Source: Vicugna vicugna
Lineage: Eukaryota
Length of the DNA stretch: 64,000 nucleotides
Direction: 5' to 3'
Assembly (NCBI GenBank): GCA_013265495.1
Contig: MU058824.1
Coordinates: 5,048,691-5,112,690, forward strand
Positions within the stretch are counted from its first letter, which is position 1; each line of letters opens with the position of its first letter. Under the pieces are notes generated by a model. That model did no database searches and had not been told where the DNA came from. It saw only the letters and a program-made list of their open reading frames with translations. Made by a program: the position numbers and the translations under genes. Shown here in pieces: positions 1 through 12,217 of the stretch.

Positions 1-3000
1 ACCTCATTAGAGACCTTTTCTACTGGCAAGTTCAATGGGTCACTGGTACCTCTTTCATTTTGGTGGTAGTTAGTACACGTATCTAAATTGTTGAGACTTT
101 CAACCAAATGGCTATCATGTGAAAAAGAGTTGGCCGGTGAGTCTCTTGGAAAGGCTTCCTGTAACAAAGCCTCTTCTTCAGGGGGAGATACCTCCAGGGT
201 CTCTGGACCAATGAGTAGTGTTTCAGTCTGTGCCTGTAATCCTGATAAATGAGGAACGATGTCTTTTTGTGACTGATTTATCGGAAAATCTGCTGAAGAT
301 GTTCCTAGTCCTTTATTGAAACCTAGTTTTCCTTGATAGTCCTCCTCTACATTGAGCTCATCTGCAGGAAGGGTAACCTCAGTGGTGTTGCTAATGAAAA
401 CACAAGAAGCCATTTGCTGTTCATGAACTACCTCCTGGACTATGCTATCTCTATTGCCATTGGAACCTTCTCTAGACACTGTACCACCCCTGTCTACAGA
501 AACACTTGGCTTCTTACAGGGCTGAGAAGTCACTGGAGCAACAGCTGAAAGGCTGTGTTTTCCCCCAGGAGTCTGCTGCTTTTCACCCAAAAAGGACAAG
601 CTAAAGAAACTGAAAGAGCTCTTAGGAGAGGCATCCTTCTTGCTGCTTGAGTTAGCAGTGGAAAAAAAGGAGGGAAGAGTGAAGAGACTTTCTCCTTGAG
701 ATCTGGTTCTTGGTAGAGCAGCAGAGGCTCTGTTCTCAGTTTTTTCAGATCCAGCCAAGAAAGAAAATATACTCTTTCTGGTTGGCAATTCTGATTGGGA
801 TGGAGATGTTGTGGCAGTGGAAAAACTCTGGTCTTTGTCAAAAATATGATCTTGTTCATTTGAATTTTTCCTGCTCAGAGTATCTAAAGATATTTTATCA
901 CTTCTTGGAACTTCCGTCACAGCAGACACACTGCTAGTTTCTACTGAAGAATCTTTGGAAGATTCTTTGAGACAACCTGTTAAGAAAGATGAAGGTGGTG
1001 ACTGCTGGATTATGTGGTCTCTGGAGGGTGTCTCTTCCCCAGTCAAATGATCACCCTGGATCTCCCCAGCTGATGGTTCCATTAGCCCACTGTCATCAAT
1101 AGTAGTCTGCTTGTTCAGATTTCTGTATCTAATCTTCCTTTTCGAGGAAACTGGTGCAGCAGGAAAGTTCCCAACATCCTGGCTAGTAAACTGTGTGGGA
1201 TTAGGACCTGCCTTGACCTCATCCTTATCAGTCGTTGAAGAAACAGACATATTATCAGTTGTCTGTTTAGGAGATATATTAGTTTTAAAGAAATCCCCAA
1301 GGGTACCAAAAAAATTTGAAACACTAGAAGATTCATTCTTTCCCTGCGATGATATCTTTTTATTTTTATCACCATTTTTTTCTAAATTTGGTGATCCTTC
1401 TTTATTCACCTGGGGTTTAAAGAGGTTCAAAAATCCAGATGCCTGTTTCTCATTTGCTATTCCACTTACTGAAGAGTCTTCTCCCTGATCAAAGAGTTTC
1501 AATGCACTTTTAAATAACGTTCTCTCAGATTCTTTGGAAGACTGGTCCTGGGGAGGCTCACAGTTCTTGTGCTCATCCCTACTAAACTGTGATACGAGAG
1601 GAATTGAAACAGAGTCAGCTGTGAACATCCTGTCATCTTCTGTATCTGATTTAGCCTGAGAAGTTGTTTGCTTTACCTGGAAAACAGATTTTAACAAACT
1701 TTGTTTTTTCACATGAGCTCTTTTATTTAAAGGGAATTCTTGCTTCATATTTTTAGCAAATTCAGGTCGCTGAACACTGGATATTATTTGTCTTTCTGAA
1801 TCCTTCTTGAGAAGGCTTTCTTCCTCATTTTGGGAGTTACTCTCTAGTTGCTTACTCAATATTAATGACTGAAGACCATCATTTGTGAGCTCTGCTAAGT
1901 TTGACTGCTGATCCAATTTCTGCAAGGCCGAAGAATCCAGTGATTCATTCTTACCAAAATGCAAAGTACTTCCAATCGAAGAACTCAAGGCAGAAGATAA
2001 TGAAGTCACTTTGTTCAATGATGACATCTCTTCGGTTTGCTGTGGGATATTAGTATTATTTTCAAGATGAACCAAAGAGGCAGCTTCTTCAGAAGAAGAG
2101 TGGAACCAACTGGAAAGGTGGACTGATGAATCCTCAGCTAGAGGCTGATTATCTCCCTTTATAATTTGACTTTTATTTATGACAAGATTACCAATAGTTT
2201 GGGGCTGATTTCTAAGATCCAATGTACATTCAGAATCTTCAGAACCACACAGCCTTTTTTCAAAAGATATAAAATCTCCTTTAAATTTCTGAGGATTATA
2301 GCCTGAAAAATCTAATGGTTTATCCCTTTGGCTATAATTTGACTCTTCAAGTACTTGTGAAAAGGTTCCTGAATTTAAATACATTGGTCCATCACTTCGT
2401 GGCAAAACTACAGATAAATCAAGAGGGTCATCAGTTTGTTCCTCTTCAACATACCACAGTAATTCATCTTCCTTGTCAAATGCTTTAAAACTATAAGCAG
2501 AAACAATGCTATCATCCAACATAATATTTGATAGATCATTTGTTTGTAAATCATAATTCAAATACTCTTCATGAGAACAATCAGGTATAAATAAATATGC
2601 ATACTGCCCAGTAGAATCAGTAAGGAAAGAATATATATATTGACCATCATGGAACATAAAATATCCATAATCTCCATTCTCTGATGGCCACCACACTCCA
2701 TTTTCAAGACATGACAACCATTCCTGGTATTCATAACCAACACTTGAGAAAACAAAGTTTTCACCCATTCTTAATGAGTCTAGATCAACTATGGGGCATG
2801 TAGTCTTCTCATAATCTGAAGAACAACTTAAGTCAATGGGCAATTCTTCTAGTGAATTCTTAGGATCATTACTTGGAAGATAATAAGAATTTCCATATAT
2901 TGAGTTAGCTGCCCACATATCACCTCTTAATAAGTAATCTTCATTAAATGCTAACTGGTTGAATGATTCATATGGTAAGTCACACCAAATGACACTGTTT

Positions 3001-6000
3001 GGATTTGTTCTCCACTCCAAGATATTTGCATTTTGATCTTTTTGGCAAAAATTTATTGCTCGGTTTTCTGAGTCAGACCATTGCAAAACATCGACTGATG
3101 GAAATGTATTTTGATTCAACATATAATAAACTGGCTGAAGTTTTCTGGAATTTTTAGACAAATCTTTTATATCAGAGTCCCATTCATGACAGAAAGGATT
3201 ATTCATCTCTTCAAAATCCTGACAATGGTTTGACTTACTAAGAATGTTAGAATTTAGTAGAGGTGAACTTAACTTGTTAGAATTTTCATGTAGTTTTGCC
3301 CCAAGAACATGGTTTTGTGTCTGCCTCTTATCCAAAGAGTTCTCTAAAACATCCTGTTGAGCCATTGGAGTACAGTGAAGTACACTGTTCTCAAAAGAGG
3401 GGCAATTCTTTTCACTTTGTTTATTTTTCCATGTAGGAGGGCAATGATGATTATCAACCCAAGCATCAGATAATGGTATGTTTTCTTTAGGTAAAGATAA
3501 GCAACTTTTTATGAAGCCAGAATTTTCTTGTTTTTCCTGGTTCCTCTGGTTCTCAGAAGTCACACATGAAGTAACAGGGATCTCAACCAAGGATAAATGC
3601 TTACTTTCATTCAAACCCTTTAGGTCACCCAAAGACATGGACTTTGTTTCACCTAGTTTACAATCAGTCATACTGCTATTAGATATTAAGTTAAATATTC
3701 CAGAGAATAAGCTTGGGGTATTATTCTTGTGATGAGAGTCATCTTTTTTCAAATTTAATTCTTCTTGACTAGACACATTTTCAAAAGAAGAAAATCGGCT
3801 AAACAGACCAGAAAGAAGGCCTCCTTGGGTTCTTTTCTTGGAAGCTTTATCTACAAGTTTGTCTTCACTCATTTCACTAACCAAGGTGGGTTTTGAAATG
3901 GTAGAAGTAAATGCTAATGAAGAGTCTGGTACTGTTAAAGATGTCATCTGCATAACAATCTTACTTTCTCCTAAAGAATCTGAAGGCATATGTTCTTTGG
4001 ACACAACTCCAGGAATGGTTAAGGTATCTCTTTCACAGTTCTCTACTGCTGTGGGGTCATTTGAGTTTAATTCCTGTATATTCCCAAATTTCCCAAGATC
4101 ACTGTTAATATTTGGAGCTGAATCAGACTTCATTTTATTAAGTATGGCATCTTCAGAACTATTTATTTGGTCACTCTTATTAGATGTCTGTGTATCACCA
4201 AATTTCCCTAGATTGTTATCAATATTTGGGACTGAACTAGGTTTTACTAAACTAAGTTTAGCATTTTCATGGGAGCTTCTTTGGGTCTCTTCATCAGTGG
4301 TTACTGCTGAGCCATGAAAACTCTGGTCATTGACAGTTTTATGGCTGTCCGTGAAAGAAAATTTAAACAAAGGGAAAATGCTTCCTTTCTCTCTTAAATC
4401 CTGCTGCTTTTCAGACTGACTAAGAACTTTGAAAAATGGAATATGTAGTTTTCCACTAAAGGAAAAGGAATGTCCATCTTTCTTAGGGCCCCTTTCCCAT
4501 CCATCTTCCTCCAATTGGTGATTTTTCATAGAATCTGACAAAGTTTCCTTTGAACAGGTCTCGGAGGAAGTGAGCAAAAACTGGCTAAAGGATTTTCTGA
4601 GTGGCTCAAGGAAGTCATCATCACCTGTGATTTTGTTCCCCTCTAATGGCTTTGAAGATAACTCCTTATTTGCAGGTCTACTGGTGGCTATACAAGAATG
4701 TCCTGAAGTATCTTTGGCACATAGTTTTGGTTGATCTGGGAATAGAGACAGATCTGTACAGGGTTCTCTTTCCAACAGGCTCTCAACATCATCTTTCTTA
4801 CTTGCAAGACTAGCTAAATTTGAAAGTTCCATGGCTGCATGGGAAGGTGATAGATCGTCACTTATGGGCATTTGGGACCAGGCTGCAGTTTCCCCATCAC
4901 TCCTATCTAAAGCTATAATGTTACTGTCATTGCCAAGGGTATCTTCCCTTTGATTTGACTCCAAATTACACACAACAAAGCTTTCCTTTCTTGTTGGCTT
5001 GTTCTGGTCATCGTCTTTTTTGGTTTCATCCTTTTCCAAAAAGATCTTTAGTGGATTTAGCATGCTGAAAACAGACTTTATAACTGAACTCTGACTCTGT
5101 AGAGTTGAGTCCCTTTCAATAGTTTCTGTTGGATCCGGAAAGCTCAAATTTCCAGTTTTACTGTCCGTGTGCTCATTTTGAGAGGTTTTGTCAGGTCTGT
5201 CAGAGTCCTTTTTATCAACTATTTGAGAAGATAATGGAGATGGAGATTGTATGGAAGGATCCTTCTCTGATACTGATTTGGCTCTGGGTCTAGATCCCAA
5301 ATTTACTGTGTCTGTTTGGTTAAGAGTTTCTGTTTTCTCTGGAACCAAATAAACCAGCTTTTCCACAGAGGTTGTTAGATGCTTTGTGCCTGAACCCACC
5401 TTTTCTGTGAGTGAACTGAATAAAGAACCCACAGCACATTTCACTCCATTCAGCTCAGGAAAAGAGATGGCCTTGTCCTTGTCATTCTTGACAATATTTA
5501 AAGGTGGTATTTGATCCCCAGGCATTTTCTGTTCTGCACTATTAACAGTACTATTGTGTTTAAGTGTTTTTTTAGTTTTTGAAAGGGAACCAAATCTATT
5601 AATCTCCTCTTCCTTCTCTGCTAAATATTCTGACACTGTTTCTACCAAACACTGAAGCTCATCCATTGTATCAATATAGTCCTCCTTGGATTCCTCAATA
5701 GAAGAAGAAGGGGTCATCTCTGCCATGGGGCATGCAGATATATCTCCAAGTGTGCTTGTATCACAATTCATCCTTTGTGATGGGAATGCAGGATTTGCTA
5801 CATAATATTCTTCTGGAAAGCCTCCAATATGATGGACATTCGATGGATGACATGGTGGTGACTGTAAATCTTCCTGCTTATCAGAAATAGGGGAACCCAG
5901 AAGTTCATCAGATGTACTGCTGGTAGAATCTTCAAAAATATCTAATGGAGTGAAATTAGTGACATGTTGGTTTAAGCCAGATGACTTTTCACAGTTCTTA

Positions 6001-6588
6001 AAACAACCAGGAAGATTACAATCATGACTTTCCAAGTTAGTGGTCCACATACCACTCTTAACCACATATCCATTTTTGTAGGGATGCAAAACCGGGTAAT
6101 TTTGCTCCTTCTTTTCAATGTGGCAAAGGTTACAATGTTCAGTGTTAGGATATGTACTTTTGAAGTTAGTCTTAGTTCCTGATCTATCAACATATTGCCT
6201 TCTTTCAGTGTCTTCAAAATGACTGTATATGGGTGTCTTTTTCCTTCTCCTATCTATTGTATCATATTTCTGAGGATACCAGGAGAAAGCAGGTATTTCA
6301 AACTTAAGGTCACAATTAAAGGCTGTAGAGAATTCTGTTTCTTGGCTTTGAGATGGTATCTTTTTCCAATCCTTGTACTTTGGTTGTATTTGTTGGCTGT
6401 AATATTTATCAGTTTTTGAAAGAGTTCTCACTTCTTTTACCTCTGCTTCCTTTATGTTATCGTTTTCTAGACACAGTTGTGGTATCTTCCCCTCTATCTC
6501 CTTATGTATACCTTCTTGTTCTTCATAGTCAACATCAGAGAAAGATGAAATAATACTAATTTTGTCATTTGGGGCCTGCAAGCCTTGT
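1..6588 (-). CDS. UNC13B: Giant coding exon of UNC13B (at least 6588 nt, at least 2195 codons; continues past the window edge)
   Basis: Long pyrimidine tract + CATCAG|ACAAGGCTTG at 6588; phase-2 join to exon 8 gives ...RAL-R-QGLQAPNDKISIISSFSDVDYEEQ. The same frame is open in every segment translated by hand (both ends and many internal parts). The ORF track lists no ORF in this frame, as expected if no stop occurs before base 1. Confidence 0.9.
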
Positions 6589-7710
6589 CTGATGTAAAGG
6601 GATAAAATCAGAGGAATAGTAAGGCAAAGAAAAAAGGAGAAATAAAGAAAAGGAAGAAACAAATTACAAAATTTAGTGCACATTCAATGAGAAAACTAGA
6701 ATTAGTAAAATTGTCAGTTTGATAAAAACCATTAAGACTGAAAAGATATGATAAGGAAATCCACCTGTTCTTAAATCAATATTACAGCAATGAGTTAAAG
6801 TTTTTTCCCACATCAGAAAAAGAACAGCTAATAACAACTTTAAAATACTTCACTTGCTACCATAAGCTATTTAGGGTCCTACTGTTTTCTAGGAAAGAAA
6901 GAAGTAAACAAAATGAACATGTTCCATCAATATTTAGAATGTATTTGCAATGCCAAAGTTTAGAACTGTTATGTATTCCATGAAAACACATCAAGGAATT
7001 TCAAGAAATCTAAATTTGTTGATTAATTTGGGTCTGAAAAGAAGCCAAGCTGTTAACTTGCTTAATGTTGTATTTTAGGCAATATAGCCGAGAATATGGT
7101 CAAACATGTTACTTTTAAAAAGAAAAAAATGTATATATAATAAAAATAATCTTTGACTACCATAAGCCAACCCTTGTTACAGTACTAGAAAGAGAAAATT
7201 ATAAAACATCATAATTTGTCATTTGTGAAGTCTAAAGGCTACACGCATTGAGGATCACAGTGAAATGAAAAATCTTTGCAATTACAGAAGCAGAAGCTAC
7301 GTGTTCAATTTAAGTCAATAAATACAGAAGACTGCCAACCTTTCTTTCAGTTAAGTTAGAGAGTGCCTATTTCCCATGTACTAAGGCTGGGGTATAGAGA
7401 GGGCCTGCAGACTAGTAGCTTGTCAGCTCAGTGTGTTCTTTTATAGATCTAACATTCAGTAGCACTTACTTAGGAAACCGAAACAAGATCAAAATGGTCA
7501 CTTTGCCACTAAAAATCTTCAAGAGTGAGACTGATACTCTTTACCCATCTCAACACTAGAGATACTCTGGCTATATTAAGTCCAACACTATGGTCAAACC
7601 TCAAATTACATATTTTTACACAATTTATATACATTTCCCATTATTCTGGTTATTCCCATTATTTGGCTGGGTGAAGGAATCCAACTTATATAAATATACA
7701 TACTTTTTTA

Positions 7711-7785
7711 CATTTTTTTAAATGGAAGTACTAGGGTACCCAGAACCTCATGCATGTAGTCTTACTTCTGAGCTATACCCAGCCC
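7711..7785 (-). mobile_element. Truncated tRNA-derived SINE (vic-1-like)
   Basis: Reverse complement GGGCTGGGTATAGCTCAG...TGCATGAGGTTCTGGGT... followed by an A-rich tail. Confidence 0.6.
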
Positions 7786-8376
7786 AAAATGTATTTTTTT
7801 TATACATGCAGTTTCACTACTCTCAGATATCCTCAAAAATTTAAACTAAACTAATTCCATCCTGGAAGAAGTCTTTATAGTTCCAACTTAAATCAATAGA
7901 CAGCCACAGCTGTAGCAAATGAAATTATTTATTTTTATACTTCTAATTTACCGGAAGGTACTACAAACACATTTGTTCCCAGAAGGATTTTAAATTCTTC
8001 CTTAAAAGCTGCAATTTAATGTCTTAAGACTCCTTCCAAGAACTTAGTATTTACAGTAATAGAAGTTTAAAAATGAAACTAATGATACAATTTCTTCAAA
8101 ACTTTTTAAGGAAAAATCATTTCAAAAATTTAAGTCAATAATAGAAGTTCACTTAAAAATCATGTTAACTTTTCCTCTGCTGGAGATGATAAAGTATTTA
8201 CTCTTTAACCTCATTTCATACACATATTGATATAGCAAAATCAAATTTATATGTGATCAATTAAATAAAAATTTTAGGGAAAAAATTTTGCAACTTAAAA
8301 GTATACCACTAACGCTCCTCTAAGGGTTATTTATTAGAGCTGTCATAATAGGGTAAAGATTAGGTACACAGCATAC

Positions 8377-8442
8377 TCTCTGGACAACTGCAGTCATTTA
8401 GGTTGATGTGCCATTGTTACTGCTGGCCTGCACACTGAATGC
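8377..8442 (-). other. UNC13B: Candidate 66-nt cassette exon carrying an in-frame TGA (poison or decayed exon)
   Basis: Strong acceptor CTTTCTTTCCCATCTGTATTTGCAG|G and donor AGA|GTATGC; length divisible by 3; phase-2 reading gives RHSVCRPAVTMAHQPK*LQLSR. Confidence 0.45.
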
Positions 8443-10468
8443 CTGCAAATACAGATGGGAAAGAAAGCTAAAAGAATTTTTTTTGCTATTACGTTTTTTC
8501 TTAAAGACAATATAAACAACTAAAATCAAATGAATAAAATATGCATATATTCAATTAATAAACCAGCAAGAAGTAGGGACCAACTTCAAGTTTCAGAAAG
8601 ATTTCTCGAATGTTTCTTTTTAGAATCAGATTATGAAGAGTAAGAATTTGATGCGATGATTGATACATGAAAAAGTCTGAAAATATCCTCAGAGATGTTA
8701 GTAAACTGAGACAGGATGTTGTCTAGCAGGTAGACAACCATCTGAGGTTCAGGATAAATACCAGTTTGGTAAGGTGGGCAAAAAAATATTTTTTTTTAAT
8801 GAGATTATCCGTGGTGTGGCAAATTTTAGCAACCAGAAGTATGAACTAAATTGGAATAGTTTTTAAAAAACTTAACCTCCAAACAATGAAATACTGATTC
8901 AGGCTAGGATCATCAACAGATGCTAAAATCAATGGATAAAAGATTTTTGGAGAAATAGAATATTGACACAATCTCAGGTATCATCCCAGAGATCCTTAAT
9001 TACAAAGGAGAAAGGTAACTTTACATTGGAAAAATCTGACTTATGTACTAGATTTCTTCACCAACAGATCAAATTAAACATCACAATAATGAGACAAAGT
9101 AACATGTGACTGCAGCTGCACTGTGAAGGAAACATCTATGTAGTGTTTTTGCCAAAAATATTTAACCTGATTCTAAACATGAAAAAACAATCAGACAAAA
9201 CCAAATTAAGGAACATTTCAAAACTGGCTTGGACTCTTCAAAAAATGTTAGCACTTTAAAAGATGCCCCTACCCCCACCAAAAAGAAAAAATGTTAGGAG
9301 AATTTTGTTAGGCTATAGGAGACAACAGAAACAGGAAAATCACATGTAATGTACAATGATCCTTAATTAGATCCTGCATCAAAAAGAAGAAAATATAAGT
9401 AAAGAACATCATTGGGACAATTGGAGAAGTTTAAATGTGGTCTTTATATTAATTAATATCATTATATTACCAAATTTCTTGAGTGTGAGCATAATATTAA
9501 GCTTATATAAGAGAAAGTCCTTTTTCTTAGGAATTACATGCTGAAGTACTTCCTGGTAAAGTAACACGGTATCTGCAACTTACTTTCAAATAATTCAGGA
9601 AAAAACAATGTGTGTGTATATGAATATATATTAGAGAGAAGGAGATAAAGTAAATGTGACAGAATGTTAACATAACTGGCAAATCTAGGCAACATGAATA
9701 TGGGTGTTCGCTGTAATCTTTCTCTAAATTTTAAGTCTGATTTTTTTAAGTTGGGGGAAGAGTGGAGAGCATATATGTATATATTTGCTTTTCTTTTGTA
9801 TTTGCTTTTATATCCATAAATACATGACAACAGTCTGTGGAAGAACACATAAAAACAAGGGTGGTAAGAGAAGTAGGAGACAAGAAAGGGATGGGGTGGA
9901 AGAGGACAACAGATGTGGGTGGGAGATTCTTTGCTGTATGCTGCATTGTACCTTAACATAATTTTAATTAATTAATGTAAATGTGCTACATATTTAAAGA
10001 AATTAGTAAAATAATTTTTTTTTAAGTTTCAGCAAAAGTACTAAATCTATTATGGTGAGATCTTATTGGTTTTCTTCTGAAGTTCCCAGGAAAATACTTA
10101 GGTAGGAAGAATCATGCAAACATTTAACATCTGTGAGTTTCTTTTTTCAATCTTGGTGAAAAGTGTATAAAAATCACTGTGCTGGGCAGAGAGGTGAGCA
10201 GGTTTTTCCTCAGCCATCCACCCAAACTGGGCCTGCCTTGACCTGACGATAATAAAGAAAACTATTACTGATGGAAAAGCATAAACATGAACACATGGAG
10301 AGGGGGAAAAAAAGATGGAGAATCTACACAAAAATGGCTGAAGGGTGGTCCATCATACTGCTATACTTCCACTATCACCTCAGGTTAAAGCACCCAAATC
10401 CTTGATGTCAGCTGCATCCCCGAGACCTGCATACTGCGACGAGAAAGTGCTTTGTTTCCAATACTCAC

Positions 10469-10703
10469 CTGAGGGCCCGCCGCTCTGGAAAATCAAGGTC
10501 ATAACTTTGCACAGAGTCATTGCAAGAGTCCCGGGAACTGCCCTGAAGCAGCAGCTGCTGTGGCAATCGCACAGGCACTGGAAATTGGTGCACAGAAGCA
10601 TTGGGCTGGGAAGTCGTATGGTAAGGAGGTGGGATGCTATTGCTGGTCTCACTGCGATAGTCACTATCTCGATCATCAACAGCACTATCAGGGTCTTCAA
10701 AAG
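10469..10703 (-). CDS. UNC13B: UNC13B exon 8 (235 nt), [45 protein letters not shown]...[10 protein letters not shown]
   Basis: Contained in ORF-track entry 10465..10785(-); CAG acceptor, GTGAGT donor; ends in phase 2. Confidence 0.97.
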
Positions 10704-12084
10704 CTGTGGAATAAGCACAGTCAAGCATCCCAGCTTTACTTAGTTCTTCAGAATTTTTTTCTGCTTCTAACTTAGGTAGCCACAAGCCTAGACCTTGAGA
10801 ACAACAGCAAACTGAGCTGCATATGAGCCCAGTGACCTCAAAGTCATGTGAAAAACTGTCTCAATTAACATCCAAAACTCTCCTTACCAAATGAGGTAAG
10901 ATACTTGGTTTAATTTTAGTGCTTCCTCTCAAAGGAGTTCCAGATACATATCCCCAATGCAGAATTCTCTGGAATTCTGCTTCTCCAAGCTATCATAAGT
11001 CAAATGAAAATCTGCTTTTAAATGTCATAAATAGATTCTGGCCCTCTACTATTATCAAAATGGGACAGAAAGGGGAGAAACAGCTTTCCCACCTCTCATA
11101 AAAGACATTTTGGTTCAAAGTTGGTGTGGTGTTTTCAGACTTTAAAAATATGTGGTTAAACAATTTAAGTAGATCTACCACTGGAAGCTAGTCCAGGAAA
11201 TCAGGAAAGTCAAAGCCAAGACTTAGAAGCAAGTCAAAAGCTCTAGATGCAGCTGAGAACAGCAGCAGTCTAGTCTTACTGTCTTGATGCAACATTGGGC
11301 TTTTCTAATAATTTCTATCAAGCACCTATACCCTGGGCTCAGAATTCCCATTCCAAGTCTGAGCTGAGAGGAAAACACATGCACTGCCAATGGGGTCTTG
11401 CTGACAATGCAGCCAAGTTTATCTAATAACAGTGACTACAATTTCATAGAATTATCTCTGCTTTTCAGGCCAGCACCTGAGTGGCTACAGTTTTTTTCAT
11501 TGATGTTAGCTAAAATGGCCACAGTTACAAACCCTGCTCCAAGCAAAAATAAAAACATGCAACACTGTGCTTGGAAAGGGAGCTCAATCTAGTAGTTTGT
11601 AGTTTATTTTACACAGAAGCCATTTTGGACATCATACCCATATGCATATAATTAATAAGGTCCTGTATGTTCTTCCTTGCCAAGCTTCTATTTGCTCACA
11701 ACAAAGAAAAGGAAAATTCACCATCCCCATATGGAGATTCTTTTAGCAGATGATGGATTCTTCTTATTAGCAATTTTTTTTTAAAAAGGTAGTAATGTGC
11801 ACAGCAGAAGCCTCCTAATGACCATAAAATTAGGTTTTTATAATTGCTCATGTAGGAGATAAGAACCTGTATTCATGTAGTAGAAACAGAAAAGAGTTAA
11901 TGAACTAGGGGGAAAAAAGTCCAGACAGAAACAATTAAACTGGGGAACAAATGGAAGGTAATAGGGAAATGACCCCTTGGCTTCTACATTAGACAACTTG
12001 ATAGATAATTCCACTAAAAGAGACAGGGAACAAAAATATGTGGGTCCCATACAACACTTCGGGGTACAGCTGGGAGCAAAGGTA

Positions 12085-12217
12085 AGAAGATCTTATGAGC
12101 TTTTCCCATTTGAGTTTATAGCAATAATGTGAGGCTAGGGAGAGGGGAAACAAGGAGATCTAATGAGCTTTTCCCATTTGAGTTTAAGGCAACATGTGAA
12201 CGTAAGAAGAGGAGAAT
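12085..12217. repeat. Two-copy tandem duplication, unit about 67 bp
   Basis: AGATCT(T/A)ATGAGCTTTTCCCATTTGAGTTTA occurs twice with similar flanks. Confidence 0.8.

Noticed and set aside
333..6553. Short ORF-track entries on both strands over the giant exon
   Set aside because: They are antisense or alternative-frame shadows of the long minus-strand frame and have no independent support.
10345..10785. Overlapping ORFs around exon 8 as stand-alone genes
   Set aside because: Only 10469-10703 is bounded by splice sites and resembles Munc13-2; the rest is intronic run-on or antisense.
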